From contig OZ024741.1 in NCBI GenBank assembly GCA_964016885.1, forward strand, positions 207,390,001-207,454,000: a stretch of 64,000 nt of DNA, given 5' to 3'. The notes under the pieces were generated by a model. It was not told the DNA's origin, made no database searches, and was given only the letters and a program-made list of their open reading frames with translations. Within the stretch, counting starts at the first letter, position 1. Every line of letters begins with the position of its first letter. Origin of the DNA: Eledone cirrhosa (taxonomy: Eukaryota). A program made the position numbers and the translations under genes. Positions 11,925 through 26,034 of the stretch are shown here, piece by piece.

Positions 11925-13680
11925 TGGATGCATCCCAGATCGAAAGATTGGCATATGATTGACTTTATCATCACAAGAAAACATCTCATCAAAGGCTTCA
12001 CCATTCCTCGTTCCTTTCACAGCACCTGCACCTTCTCTGATCATACACTCTTACGAAGGTAGATGTCTTTTCGTCTCATTTGTAGGAAGCTCCAAAAGTC
12101 AGGAATTCCAAAACGAATCAACATTCGATCATTAAAATCTGCTCAGAAATAAGACGATCTTTCGGAACAGTTAGATATCGTACTTGAATCTGTCAACAGT
12201 TCTGATGATATTGAAGCCTCTTAGAAATTACTAAGAGATGCCACGTACTCTTCTTCATTCGAAGTCCTTGGCTTGTCTGTTCGGAAGCACCAAGTCTGGT
12301 TTGACGACAACTTGGAAGCCCAATTGCTCATAAAGCAGATGCATGATTATCACTCGGCTTGGGTCACAGACAAAAACAATTCTGCAAAGCAACAGGCATA
12401 CAAAAAGTGCAAAAACCAGGTGCAAAAAGCGCTCAGACATATGAAAGAGGTTTGGTGGGTAGAAGGCTACGGACCGCAAGGACCCCAAAGCATTCTATGA
12501 TGGTTTAAAGTCTGTTTTTGGTCCTCGTGAGAGTTGAGTTTCACCTGTACTGTCCTCGGATGGCAATACCCTGTTGACGGAAAAGTCGGAAATTTTACTC
12601 TGCTGGAAGGAGTATTTTCAATCTGTCTTGAACAATACATCCATCATCAACGAAGATGTTATTGTCTCTATCCCCCTGCGCCATGAGATACCACAACTGA
12701 AACTTTGGCCCTCTCTTGACGAAGTGAGAAAATCTATTAGCCAGATATCATCTGGTAAGGCACCAGGCAAAGGTGGTATTCCTCCAGAGATCTATAAGTA
12801 TGGTGAGGAAAAGCTGGTAAAAAAACTCCATAATCTGTTTCGCATTATTTGGAATAAAGGCTCTGTGTCTCAAGATTTCAAGGATGCATCCATTCAACAC
12901 CTTTTCAAACAAAAAAGCCGTGAGAGTTGTTTATGACAACTGGCGGGGCATATCATTGCTTAATATTGCTGGCAAAATCCTCACACGACTTATTCTGAAC
13001 AGAATCATTGAGCACGTTGTCAATGACATCTATGCAGAATCACAGTGTGGTTCTAGGTTGGGTCGAAGTACAATTTAAATGATCTTTAAATGATCTTTGC
13101 CCTGCGTCAGGTTGCCGAAAAACCAAGAGCTGTACAGGATTTTTGTAGACATTACCAAGGCTTTCGATACAATGAATAGAACAGCTCTCTGGGATATTCT
13201 TAAGAAACTTGGTATACCTGATGAAATGCTCAACATCATCATTTCTTTCCACCAGGAGATGAAAGCTGCAATTCAATCCGACGGAAGGATCTCAGATTCT
13301 TTTGATGTTACCAATGGTACAAAGCAGGGTTGTGTGATGGCTCCTGTGAAACTTTCAATTTTGCACAACAGGAGGTCTGTTCAACCAGAGCAAAAACATT
13401 CCTCCGAACTGATATCATGCTGACAGAAAGGACTGGAGAGAAAGGTGCCATAGTGCGATCAAGAGCTTTGAATCCAGTCGCATAGAGAAATTTTGTGTTG
13501 ACCAAATAGGGACAAAGCAATGGGCCTTGATACCTGCAAGACTCTCCATAAACTCTTGCTCTTGCGACCTGGTCTGTGGCTCACAGGCATGATTGGAATG
13601 TCACATGAGACATCGCCATCCAGAGAGCTGAACTTTTGTTGGACACTCATATGTCGTATATCGACGGGAGAGTCCATCAT
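11925..13680 (+). mobile_element. Decayed RTE-clade (BovB-like) LINE with internal deletion
   Basis: WMHPRSKDWHMIDFII (APE C-term), GKAPGKGGIPPEIYK, NWRGISLLNIAGKILTR, FVDITKAFDT, NGTKQGCVMAP, then a C-terminal DRKDWRERCHSAIKSFE segment ending before (TA)n. Confidence 0.85.
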
Positions 13681-13849
13681 ATATATATATATAACTTTGA
13701 TAAGTTTCAGTCGGTATTGGCCCAGGCCATGTCTAACCTAATAGCACCACCTGGTGAAGTCTTTCAAATTAGGGTTTGGACATCATAGCCCACTCAAGTA
13801 GAGAGTTATTGCTTAGAGACATATACGGGTGTATATATATATATATGAT

Positions 13850-14225
13850 CTTCTCTGTAAGGCAGATACAGGAGAAATGTATAGGGTATTAGATGATCTG
13901 ACAAAGGCCTTTGATATACGGTGAACAGAGATGCATTCTGGAAAATACTAGGGAAAATAGGGTGCCCATCAAAGTTTATTGAAATGTTCGTCCGACTGCA
14001 AATATGAAAACTCGGGTTGCACTGAATGGAGAGTTGTCCAATGAAATCCCAGTTGATAATGGCGTGAAGCACACTATTTTCAATATTTTTTGCTGTTATG
14101 CTAACTCATGCATTCCAGGACTGTGCAAAGGATGTTCTATTGCAAGTTAGAACTTCAGGAAGAATCTTTGACCTAAGATGGTTCAATTTCAAATCCAAAT
14201 TGTTCCAAATATTAATTAGAGTTGG
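13850..14225 (+). mobile_element. RTE RT fragment
   Basis: DLTKAF.TVNRDAFWKILGKIGCPSKF, NGVK, RTSGRIFDLRWF. Confidence 0.7.
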
Positions 14226-15662
14226 TGACGGTGAATGGGACATCATCTGCAAAGATGAAGCAACCGTCACCAATTTGTTATATATATATATAACAAATTA
14301 AATGAAGAAATATATATATATCTTTACACAAGTATAGATATATATATATAAAGAGTTAACAGAGATCAATCCATTTGGAGCGTAGGAATAGCAAACGAGA
14401 TAAGAAAATATCTATACTTGTGTAAAATGTATATATATATTTCTTCATTAATTTGTAATGCTCCCCTCTATGGTAGAGTGAAAATTTGGCCGAATCAGAC
14501 TGCTTTTTCTAGCAGCACGCTACCTGTCAATGTCCACCTTACGGTGATTGCCAATCACATTCACATATTTCTTCCAGGCTTTTTTGTGAAGGTGATTGTG
14601 TCATGATCACAAGGCCGTGAGTTTCATTCCCAGCAGTGTGCTCTGCCCTTGAGAAAAAAATTATTTTACTTCGTTCTATTTCACTGAGCTAAGAAAAATT
14701 AGTTGCACATGTGATTTGAAAAGCTGGTTTTGCCACACACTGTGCCACGCCGGATTACCGAGAATTTTGTTAAATGTGTACTCTCTGAATGACCGTTCTT
14801 TTTTCAACAACTTTTCATTGAGCAATAAGGTCGATATTGTTGTGTATTGATCTAAAATATTGTTATATTTCTATTGCTAGCATTTAATGTATTGGTTGAG
14901 TGGCTTCATAGGCATAATGGGGAGCTATTTAGCTATTTTTAGCATCCCTGTCAGCTTGATTTTTTTCTATCCACTGACTGTTGACTTTGCCTTTCATCCT
15001 TACGGGGTCGATAAAATAAAGTACCAGTAATGCATGGGTATTTGCTGGCCTTGTGCCTAAAGTAGAAACAGTTATATTAGCAAACATATATCGAGTCATT
15101 ATCTCGACTTTGCCTTCATGGTGGATAGTTATTATCGTGTATGGTTAGTAACAGAACTGTCTAGGCTCTAAGAATTGTGATTTATCATTCTAATGAAAGT
15201 TAATATGCTTACTATTGCTTTTCTTATGCCTCATTTTTGTCTATACAGGATATCAAATATGTTGCCTCTATAATATATTTTATGAGTATGCTCTGAATTA
15301 CGGAGATTAACATCAACATATGTTTATTATATGCATAATACACAAAGAGTTTATATCAGAAAGAGAGATCAAAATTTCAGATCAACACATTTTCTTTGTA
15401 ACCACTCATAATATGCTTCACAAAGGACCAGTTTAGAGCCTTAATCAGTTACAATCAGCCCAGCACTACAATCAATTTGCCCATCAGATGTAATGGAAAT
15501 TAGCATCAGAATACGCTCATCTCCCAAATCCTTTATTTATTTCTCGCCCCCATCTTTCTCTGTTGTTTATTTTGATGCAAGGCAAAGAACAAATTCCTTT
15601 ATGTACAAAAATCACGAACTATATGTGTGTGTATATATATAAATATATATATATAAACACAC

Positions 15663-16436
15663 ATGAGGTATGTCTGAAAAGAAACAGGACTTAGTGTGTT
15701 GTGTGAGCTATGAGTGGGGTAAGGATTAACAGGTGGTATATTTTTTGCAGAGCTTTTAATAGCTACTCAATTTTAGGCCATTGAGTGATAGACACAGAGC
15801 AACAAATCAACCTGAAGTTTCTGGTCCAGCTGGGGGAAACTCCATCAGAAGCACTTGGTATACTGCAGCAAGTGTACAGTGATGAGATGATGTGCTCGCA
15901 GATTTTGGAGTGACACAAGGACGTGGAAGACGACTCCAAGAGTGGAAGGCCTTCAATGAGCAGGACTGAGGCCAATGTTGAGTGCATGGTGATCGTCAGC
16001 TGTCTATTTGACTGATCGCACATGAGCTGGGCATGAACTGCGACAGCATTTGGAGGATTATCACCAAAAATTTCAGCATGCGGAAGATTGCCAGCTCACA
16101 ATGCCCTGAACATCTGGCAGTTCCTGGCTGAGAAGAACATCACCGTATTGGAAGAACCTCCTTATTCACCTGAACTTGATCCATATAACTTCTTTCTTTT
16201 CCCTAAGGGAAGTTATCAAGGAGACCCATTTTGAAGACGTGGAGGCCATCAAGAAGGTCATAATGAAGGAGCTGAGGAGCATCCCAGACAAATGCTTCCA
16301 GCAGTACATAGAAGCATAGCAGACAAGGATGAAAATGTGTATTAGTTTCGGAAGGGATTACTTTGAAGGGGAAACCATGTAGTTTATTGTTTGGAATTGA
16401 AATAAATTATCCTTATATTTTTCAGACAGACCTCAT
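15663..16436 (+). mobile_element. Mariner-family DNA transposon relic (internally deleted)
   Basis: Imperfect TIRs atgaggtatgtctgaaaa / ttttcagacagacctcat. Transposase remnants EQQINLKFLVQLGETPSEA, PPYSPELDPYNFFLFP (YSPDL motif) and C-terminal CISFGRDYFEG. Confidence 0.85.
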
Positions 16437-16804
16437 ATATATATATCAAAGTAGATCTGTATTGGTGTGCATTTATATAAATATAGTATCAGCAGAAAAT
16501 GCACAGTTACAGAAGACAAGTGACAGTTGCATCTTAACCTCATCAGACACATTGCTAGCAGTGCTGTTTCAGACATTATGGTGCTGCACATCTGATGCCT
16601 GTTTGTGCAACAGATCAGATGACCAGTCGGTTGGAGGGACACATGTGAGGCGATAATAAAACGAGGAATTGACATGAAAATTTATGATTGTCTTTTGATG
16701 CCAACAATAATGCAACTCATTAATGGAAAACTGATTTAGTTTTCATAATACGTTATATATTTTAAGTAGTGTCATACGTATGCCTCCATGAAATATACTA
16801 TGAA

Positions 16805-16952
16805 TAATTGTTTCTACTTTTGACACAAGGCCAGCAATTAGGATAAGGATGAAAGGCAAAACTAACCTTGGCAGGATTTGAACTCAGAACGCAAAGGGCC
16901 ATAACTCTGCTACAAAGCATGGTGTCTGACACTTTACTGATACTGCCAATCC
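16805..16952 (-). mobile_element. tRNA-derived SINE family A, deleted copy
   Basis: Matches the family at 36953 (aattgtttctacttttg..caaggccagcaatt; ggatttgaactcaga; actgccaatccac). Confidence 0.65.
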
Positions 16953-17139
16953 ACAATGAATATATAATTGTTTCTACTTTTGGCACAAGGCCAGCAATTA
17001 TTCCAGTACATTACTGGTGCTTTGTTTTATCTACCCCTATATAATGATTGTATTTTAGGTGAGGATGGTAAAATACATGGAATTGAATGATTATCTTTAT
17101 TCATCATTGTTTTATTTTACTGAATTGAAAAGGTGTAAA

Positions 17140-17305
17140 ACAATATGAAATATGAAACACTATGAAATATGAAATATAAAACATGAAATTTCGAACACTG
17201 TAAAACCTAATGAGATATGAAACATTGTGAAATGTAAAACAATGAAATATGAAACATTTTGAAATGTTGAACATAATAAAATATTAAGCACCATGAAATA
17301 TATAC
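17140..17305. repeat. Degenerate short tandem repeat (tgaaatatgaaaca-like)
   Basis: Repeated atgaaatatgaaac variants. Confidence 0.6.
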
Positions 17306-17623
17306 AAAGGCTAACCTAGGTTTAAATGACAACAATTGTCTTTTTATGTAGTAACACTAGGTCATATATGTAAGATACATGGTTTTGTTCTGTGAGCTTC
17401 ATCATTTGGGACACAAAATCCCAAGCACATGACTGGTACTTAATTCACAGAGACTGATATAGTAAAGTCCATCTTGCATCTTTCACCTCTTCTGTACAAC
17501 CTTCCAGAAAGTTATCCAGTCATAAAAGACACCGTTTCAAAACTACAAGGTCAAAATCCTCATTAAATTCAAAGATCCAAATTCTGATTCCAGTAAACGA
17601 TTCTTCAAGCTTCTCTTTCCAAT

Positions 17624-17674
17624 TCATTGGAAACCAGACTCAGAAATCTCAAACTCTGTGGTGATCCCAGTTGG
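17624..17674 (-). CDS. RAD51D: DNA repair protein RAD51 homolog 4, exon 9 of 9 (stop)
   Basis: ttgcag|PTGITTEFEISESGFQ*; 51 nt; phase consistent with exon 8. Confidence 0.85.
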   Translation of the reverse strand, partial: PTGITTEFEISESGFQ

Positions 17675-18802
17675 CTGCAAATAGAAACATTGATATATAT
17701 TGATATATATGAGTTCTTTTTAATTAATGTGAGTAATTAGGTGGTAGAATATAAGCTATGACCCAGTTCAATACCACCAACACTAAGCCCTTGAGTGTTT
17801 TTAGTGGCATCCAGTCAGATGAGGCTTCTGGTAATAAGGGAGATAACTCAATATCAGTCTCTGGAGGATCTCATGAATTATGGTGTCCTCTTCCTTTCTG
17901 CGACCAGATTTGGAGATTCAGAAAGGCTCATGGGTATTGTCCTTCCTCCTCTGACTTAGCCATAACAAAGAAATTTATGATTGAGTGTTGTTATGGCTCA
18001 CAATAGGCTTGGCTAGCTTCTGGTATGTCATACAAAATCCCTCAGCTGTTTTAATGGTAAGTGCATCAGTCCTATCATGTTATCACCTTTTAATTAACTT
18101 GAAAGAATGGAAGGCAGAGTTGATCCTGACAGAATTTGAACTCAGAATGCAGAAAACCAGAAAAAATACTACCCTAATGACTTGGTCAATTCGTTGCTTT
18201 GATGTGTGAGAGTGTGTATGCAACTGAACTGTCCCTGATACATATTCTTTTGACTCATATAAACTGAAACCCTTTAACATTAATTGAGCTGTAAAATCAA
18301 GGTGAGCTGCTATATAGTAGAGGGAGATCTCAGGCAAACACTATATCAGAAAGACCTTTAAATCTCTCAAACAATAAAACAAATACTATGTAATGTCATG
18401 GTGTTATGTTTATTAAAAACGCCAATGATGGACGAACCTAAAAAGAGGACCTTTACATAACCACAAATTCTGCTAGAAATAGCAGTCAAATCACATTCTA
18501 CCATGTTTTCTTATTTATTCTCGGTTTATTTTATCATAGATTAATATTTAATTTGAAGAGGAAGGTGGGATGGGGTGCAAGGTTAGCAACTTTACCTCCA
18601 TTAATCAAAATTGCTTGAGAAATGACCAAAGTTGCCCAATTCATCATGGAGACCAAAGGGAACTAAAGAAGAAGACATATTACTATAATGACAGTGTGGT
18701 CACAGCTGGAATGCCTTTGATTATGGGTCTGCTTGAACAGGAACCTGGGACTAAACAACAACAATGGTGGTGGTAGAGGAGACAATAAAGATTGAGGTTT
18801 AC

Positions 18803-18970
18803 CTGTCGACAACTCTTCAAAATGGTAATGGTGCCAGTCAGTTTACCAACACAGGCTGGAGCCTGAGTATGTCTGCTGAAAAGAAGTCGATTGTGGGGCA
18901 CTGACTGCCATGTTCTGCCTAGACTGGCCATTGGTCGGTCATGGTCAAATCCAATTATACTGTTGGTCAC
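18803..18970 (-). CDS. RAD51D: RAD51D exon 8
   Basis: ctcag|VTNSIIGFDHDRPMASLGRTWQSVPHNRLL..LKSCRQ|gtaaac; 168 nt; LGRxW..P..R motif of RAD51 paralogs. Confidence 0.93.
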
Positions 18971-20011
18971 CTGAGGATTGAACACAATGAGTAAGTAAAG
19001 ACAGAAAGATGGTTAGATAGTCAGAGATATACAAGACAGTTAGAGACAGGCAGGAAGTCGTATACACAGACAGACAGCTTTATAACAGGGACAAAGACAG
19101 CCAGACAAATATAGAGACTGAGAGACAGCCAGGGAAAGACAAGGCTTGGTGGAAAGAAAAATGGATAGAGCAGTCAGTCTAACACTCCTTTTGGTTATTG
19201 GGTGTCCTTAGTAGGGTGGTAGATTTGGTCCTGAAGTCTCTTTGCTAAAATGGTAGATCTTACACACAACATGGTTTAACATCACCATTTGGTTCCATGG
19301 TGCCTTTTAATGGGGTGGTATGTCTAACACACCCACTAGTGGAAAGCCTCTATTTTGCTTTTAGGTGCTTTCAGCATTGACTCAGGAGTGTTAGACTGTG
19401 TGGCAAGCATCCAAGACAGTGCTTCAATTTGAAAATAGTTTTGTCATTATCAGCCAGCAGTCTCAGAGGAGTTGAAATAAATTTAAGGCCCTTTCATTCA
19501 TACCATTAACCACTCAAGTGGGTGAGATGGTATATGTATGTAAGTCTTGTAACAACTATTTACAGCTGGATGATGTCCAGTCTTAATCCATTTATTACCA
19601 TATTTCTAATAAAAGACAGTCTGTGTTTAAATTAATTTTGAAAATTATTAAAGATTTAGAGGAATTTAGTTAAATAACTAAATTTGTCATGATCAAGCTG
19701 CTGTTTGGAATAAAATAATAAGTTCTTACATAAAATGATAATGGAATGTTTTAATATAAGGAAAACACTTTAGAATGGGCTGTTTTGTATCTTAGAACTA
19801 GGAGCAGTTTCAGGTGGGTTGATATCAAAATGGTTAACATTAACCATTCAATTATAAAGTAGAGAATGAAACCTGAAATTCACTTTATGGTCTTCAATGC
19901 CATCCAATCATTATATATTTGGAGAAATGTGTACATACTTCCAGCTAGACATTAAAATAGCCTCACCATTGTTATTAATTCTGTTAGGAGTAAATTAATA
20001 TGAATACATAC

Positions 20012-20082
20012 CAACACAGCCAGAGAGTATTCAAGAGCAAGAATCTTCAGCTTTTGTGCCACCTGTACCATCAGACTGTATC
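20012..20082 (-). CDS. RAD51D: RAD51D exon 7
   Basis: ttcag|(G)YSLMVQVAQKLKILALEYSLAVL|gtatgt; 71 nt. Confidence 0.92.
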
Positions 20083-20815
20083 CTGAAATTTAATAAAAGC
20101 CAGAGTGCTATAAATGCAATGTAATGGTTGGATTGAGTAGTGTAGTTGTTGGGTAAGAATGGGGTGGGTGGTCTGGTGTAGTGATTGTGCACTATGGTAG
20201 TTAGAATGTAAGAGTTGTGTGGTGACTTTATTGGAGTGGTAAGGTGGCTGTATAGAAGAGATATAGTGGCTTTTGTTGTTATTGTTTTGCACCAAGTGAA
20301 CCCTGTTCTATATACTTATAATAGATGTTCCCAAAATGACGATCCCATCTTTTCAAACAATTTATCTCAGACTACATTATCCAGTATGTCCTTACTTTTT
20401 ATTAAATTATATACAGTGTAGTTTAAGACAGATTTGGCTGTCATTCAGAGTAAGTCTAGTGACTGGTTATGTCAGACTAGAATGGGAGAAGTAAACATTA
20501 CTTAGAGTGGTGTAGTGGTTGTGAGAGAGCAGTGTGAAAGTATAGTACCAGTATCAGAGTATAATGGGTGTAGTCTGGTTTAGTAGAGTGATGCACCACA
20601 TAAATCAACCACAAATCTCACTGGTACATTAACTAACAGTGTAAGTGACTATCTAAAGTACAGTACTCAGATTATGGTATAAATGTAGTAGTTAATTTCA
20701 GTGATATATATAGTGGGGAATTTAGATTAATATGATGCCAGAGGCACAGAACCAACGACAAAAAGTAGCCAGTTAACTGGTCGTGCTGGTGACACACCAT
20801 TCTATGCCCACCTAC

Positions 20816-20906
20816 CTTGAGTTTGATGTCCGCCGACAAGAGGGGAGAGAACTGCTGTTATACTGTCAAGGATAATTAATCGAAGGCCACTGAAAAAACT
20901 GGAATT
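20816..20906 (-). CDS. RAD51D: RAD51D exon 6 (Walker B)
   Basis: ttcag|NSSFFSGLRLIILDSITAVLSPLVGGHQTQ(G)|gtaggt; 91 nt. Confidence 0.93.
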
Positions 20907-22262
20907 CTGAAAAATAAATAAAATAAATGAACAAAAACACATAAAAATATATATAACCTGTAAAGTACATCCACCAACGTGATTGCTTGATCTGTTGGAA
21001 ATAGCCAAATTTCACTCTGCACTAGTGTTTCCCAATGTCTTTTACCAAACAACTACCGAAAACACTTGGACCTTAACTTTTACTCCTAATAAAGGTAGTG
21101 GCTGTAATTAAACTTATTAAAATTACTACCTCTTTTCATGGTTCTTACCCTCATCTTGGGTGGTAGAATTGACCCCTGTAGGTACTACAACAAATGACTA
21201 AAAAATAGAAAGTATATGTAAGTCCAAGATACACTATGGCTGAAATAAAATGTGGATGCTCAAGGCTGAAACACATCTGCTAGTTTAGGGCTGACCTGAG
21301 GCTAAACTTTAATAACACTAATAAGAACACCATCAAGAATACTATTATAGGATACATTGGAGAATGTAGTCCTAGATACACTATATCTGAATAAAAATAG
21401 GAATGATCACAGTTGGTACACTTTTAATCAAATTTTTGCTGGATCAGGATTAATCAAGAACTTTACAAAAACAGCAACAGAATATAGATGCAAGCTTCAT
21501 TATGCAATTATGAAGAACACATCACAACTGTGGTTTTGAATTTGATCTTAATGTGTAACTATCTGCTCACATGGCCTCATTGACTCAAGCCTTGTTAATG
21601 AAACTGGGGATGCAAAAACTGTATGGAAGCTCATACCCTTGTCTGCTTTTAGCAGAATTCAGTCTGCTGCAACATTCAGACCTAGTCTCTAATCTGATGA
21701 TGACTAACGAGTCACCTGGTTTCACCCCACCCTCATTTCTTTCACCTGTCACAGAGACTCTCCAAGGGTATCATGGTTACAGCCATTCCTTCTCTAAGCC
21801 CTTAAAAAGAAAAGGCCTCGATTCAACCTAATTGAACAGAACTATAGGATGGTAAGGTAAGATTTGATAACTATTTCTAGTAGATTGAGTGACTAGAAAG
21901 AAGCCTCCACATTTGCTTGTTTCTGATTTAGTTGGGTAAGACAGTTATCTCCGTTGATAGGTGTGGTCTAGCCTGTAATAATGGTAAGTGCACTGTTTTG
22001 TGTACTTTGTAGTTTCTTGAAGAGAAATTGGGGTCCCAAGGAGGGTGAGCCTAATACATGATATATCATATGTACATCATTATAGTTGTTTCTTTCTGGA
22101 GGCCAAATGTGGTAGCTGTGATTGTTCTAAGTAGTTTTGTGTTATTTTGCTTTCTTTACTGTCTTCTGTATGTGCTGTAAATGCTGTGGAGGAAGTTGTC
22201 TGTGACTCCTAGTCTTTTGCATGTGTAGGTTATGTTTATGTTGTTGAGTGTGATGCTTGTGT

Positions 22263-22540
22263 GGAGGCGCATGGCTTAGTGGTAAGAGTGTTGGACTTAT
22301 GATCATAATGTCGTGGATTCAACTCCTGGGTTTCGTTGTGTATTGTGTTCTTGAGAAAAACATTTCATTTCGTATTGCTCCAGTATACTCAGCTAAAAAT
22401 GAGTACCAGTTTTCTCAGGGTTTAACCCTGTTATGGACTGGTGTCCTGTCCAGGGGGATGTCTTGTACTCTCAGTTGCTTCATGACATGAAACTGGCATA
22501 AGTACCGGCCTAATGAGCCTTCTGGCTTAAGACAGACTTT
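22263..22540 (+). mobile_element. tRNA-derived CORE-type SINE (family B variant) in a RAD51D intron
   Basis: A-box ggcttagtggtaagag, B-box-like ggattcaactcc, core gtgttcttgagaaaaacattt. Confidence 0.65.
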
Positions 22541-22666
22541 AGTGTAATGCTTGGCTTTATTTGATGTTCCACAGTGTTAATAATTACATCAAAAATTTAC
22601 AACAGTCATTATTAATTAATAAACAAGGTTTTATAGATAATCCTTCCTCAAATAAAAATACATTAC

Positions 22667-22768
22667 CTGCTTAATCAAATCTTGTCTTATGGCTTCCAAT
22701 ATTTCAAATAACTTAAATACATTAAAGACTTTAGCACAGTGAATATGTTTGAGCACATCTTCAATGTT
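22667..22768 (-). CDS. RAD51D: RAD51D exon 5
   Basis: ttcag|NIEDVLKHIHCAKVFNVFKLFEILEAIRQDLIKQ|gtaatg; 102 nt. Confidence 0.9.
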
Positions 22769-23679
22769 CTGAAAGAAGAAACCAACAAAAATATTAGTAG
22801 AACATTAAGATAACAACATTTTCTACAGTCAGTTCAGTTGTTGTGTAGCCCCAGGTTAGACATAATCAAGCTGACCTTTGATCAAAATTGTTCCAGACAT
22901 GACCACCTTATTATTTTATCTTCAGATATAATGTATTTATGAGTCCTTCATTTTGTAAGATCGTTTGAGGTGGATTTGACTGTTGATCTTGGCAGGTAAA
23001 GCTGCTGTGTAGAGGCTCTCCTCTAAATACAACAAAAATGAAATCATTTGAGCAGCAAGAAATATCAACCAAATCTCTTTCAATGCACACACCAACCTCT
23101 CATCTTGAAAAAATAGCTCACATTGGATAATGTAACAATAAGAAGTATGTCTATAAAACAAGACAGATAAGATGAAGATAGGTCTGCTTGCTTATAGCTG
23201 ATCTGTTGCTAATCTCGTAGATGATTGATGCCCAAATTATGACAATGAAATTAGTAGCAGTAGCATCTTTATTTTCCATGTTGGATAGGTTGTCATGGTC
23301 CAAGACTAGATGGATTGGGGAACCATGTCCTATTAGTACATTCCATTTTTAGCATGGTTTCTAGAGTTGAATGCCCTTACTAATGCCAAACAACAATAGA
23401 TATCAGACCTGCCAACCTCTAAAAACCCAAATAGGGAGTACCATAAAAAAAAGTGCCCCAAAATGGGGAGAAATGAAGCAAAATGGGGAAATTTTACATA
23501 ATGAAAGCTATACCCATTTTTACAAAAATGGGGAGACAGTGAGAAATGAGCCAAAATGGAGAGAACTCCCCATCGAACAGGGAGAGTCAACAGGTCTGAG
23601 ATATACACATTTTTTAGGCTTTATAAAACACCTGAATTGTTGTTGCAGATAGGGTGGTTGCGATGGTGTACATACATAC

Positions 23680-23808
23680 CTCTTCTGTGTCATCATCATC
23701 AGCAACTATTTCGCTGATCCTCTCAGCACTGAAGGAAGCTGATGTATCAATACAAAGGACATTCTGTTTAGTTTCCTTTGCAACGTTAGCTGCAACACTC
23801 AGACAAAA
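23680..23808 (-). CDS. RAD51D: RAD51D exon 4
   Basis: aatag|FCLSVAANVAKETKQNVLCIDTSASFSAERISEIVADDDDTEE|gtatgt; 129 nt. Confidence 0.92.
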
Positions 23809-24611
23809 CTATTGGAACACAATGGAAAAATAAAGAGAACAATTTTGTTATAACTTTATGATTATTCCAAACCATTAATGTCATATTTACAATAAATGTA
23901 TGAGTGTGTGTGAGTCGATGTAATATTAAGAAAGTATATCATTTTCATCATTATAAATCCACTTTTTCCATACTGCCATAGGTTGCATAGATCTTACATT
24001 AATTTACCATCCATGGCAGAACTTTGTCTCACAAATATTTAGATTATACACATACAACATTTAGAATGCACACATGTACACACACAGACGTATATCGGGA
24101 AAATAGGCTATTTAGAAGGTTTCTAAATTAAAGTATCATAACAATATGTATGATGAATAGGTTTCTCAGTGACATTGTTGTCTGGCACTCTCAGCTGCTA
24201 CTGAAATATCTGTGACATGTTCACAGAGCAAAAGGGAAAAAAAAATTTTTCATAACAAAAAAATATTTTTTCTTTGATACTGAGGCTCTCATGTTTTTTG
24301 TACATACAAATATAGTATATGCTTTCATATACCCTCCTATTATATATATAAAAATATAATATAAAAATATAATATATAAAAATATAATATATGCTTTCAT
24401 ATACCCTCCTATGATATATATATAATAATATTTAGAGTGTGAATGTGTAGTGCAACAGTCGGAGAGGGTTTGTGTTTGGATGTGCAATGTGACAGTGGTA
24501 GAGTGAAGGTATAGTGTGACATTTGGAGTGTGAATGCATAAACCTGGGAGATGCAATATCCCAATTATGTAGTGAGCTATTGTAAAATATAACAGTAGAA
24601 AGAGAACCCAC

Positions 24612-24693
24612 TTGTGTCTTGCCAACACCACTTGCACCAACAATTTCAGTCATTTCTCCAGTGTATATTCCACCATCCAGTAACTGGTCCAGC
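24612..24693 (-). CDS. RAD51D: RAD51D exon 3 (Walker A)
   Basis: tgcag|LDQLLDGGIYTGEMTEIVGASGVGKTQ|gtgggt; 82 nt. Confidence 0.95.
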
Positions 24694-25722
24694 CTGCAAA
24701 ATACACAAAATCACACTGTGAACTAAGGAAAGATTATCTATGGGATTGCTTCACAATCCCAAAACAGCACCCACTTTTTCCTCAAAACAGACCCCATTGT
24801 CTCTAAAAAAAAAAAAAAAAAAAAAAAAATGGAAGGACTTGAAATAAACTGGAAAGATGGGCTAGTCATGGCTTGAATGAGCTTTGATCATAGATTTGCT
24901 TGGTAACCTTGGTAATCACATCTTTTGAGAAACACAAGTCATTTTCATCTGTTACATCACTTTTTATCCCACCAACCACAACACTTGTATGTTTAAGTGT
25001 GTTATTTTTAGCACCACCATCACCTGTTACATCCCCCTTTACTTCGACATTATCACTTGACAATTATCAACATCAACACGATGGTCTCCATACTATACTG
25101 TTTTGAATCAATTTCTCCCTCCAAGCAAATAAATTGTAGGTATGTAGAAAATACTGTTCTGTTTAGATACACAATAGACAGGATGAGAGATACACCTTCT
25201 GCTAGATATGTCACCAGTATGTCTCAGATACCATTCTACTACATATTTCTTCCTGCCAGCCAGGTTAACTGAAGGGATGTAGAATAACATGTTCTGTTCC
25301 TGTATCTTTCTCTCTTATTTCAATGAAACATTGACAACAGATTTGAAATCAACACCTGTAGAGTCTAATACATTATCCACTTAGTCATCTCACCCCAATA
25401 ACCCAAGATGACCAGTGGACTCTGGGTTGGTCAGATACTATACCAAATCTTTTTTTTTTGCTCCCCAAAATAAAAAAATTTAAAATCATAAACAAATCTA
25501 TTTCAAATAACAACAACACTACAGATATTTAAAAACGGAAAATGAAGTGAAGTACAAGGGCTCTGGGGTCACAGAAGAATGGGAGGATGAAAAGGGAGAG
25601 TGGTGGGCTCTAGGCCTAGCTATGGCGCAGAAGTATTGGGGCTGCACCTCGCAGACAAGACCGCAAAAGCATACCTACTGCTAGCTTGTTTCAAGCAAAT
25701 GAGATTCAGAGGTTTGATTTAC

Positions 25723-25841
25723 CTGACACAACCTGTACATAATATGGCTGCTGATTTCATGAATTTCCTATAGATGTCCGATGCTTGCAGTGGAAAAGCT
25801 GAATATTCAGCAAGAACAACTCTTCGTAAAGCTACCAGTTC
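25723..25841 (-). CDS. RAD51D: RAD51D exon 2
   Basis: tgtag|ELVALRRVVLAEYSAFPLQASDIYRKFMKSAAILCTGCV(R)|gtaaat; 119 nt; LVALRRV..A.FSAFP is characteristic of RAD51D. Confidence 0.95.
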
Positions 25842-26034
25842 CTACAATTACAACAAAAACTAAATTTAAAAAATAAATAAATAACAGCCATCGACATTTT
25901 CATTGCTTTAACATTCACTTTTCTATGTTGACAAGGATTGGATGAGACTTCTTTGGGCAGTGTTTTATCGGACATCCTTATGTTAACCCCTTTAGTCAAA
26001 TCTGGGTTCAGGGTGTACCTATTCTAAAATAAGA

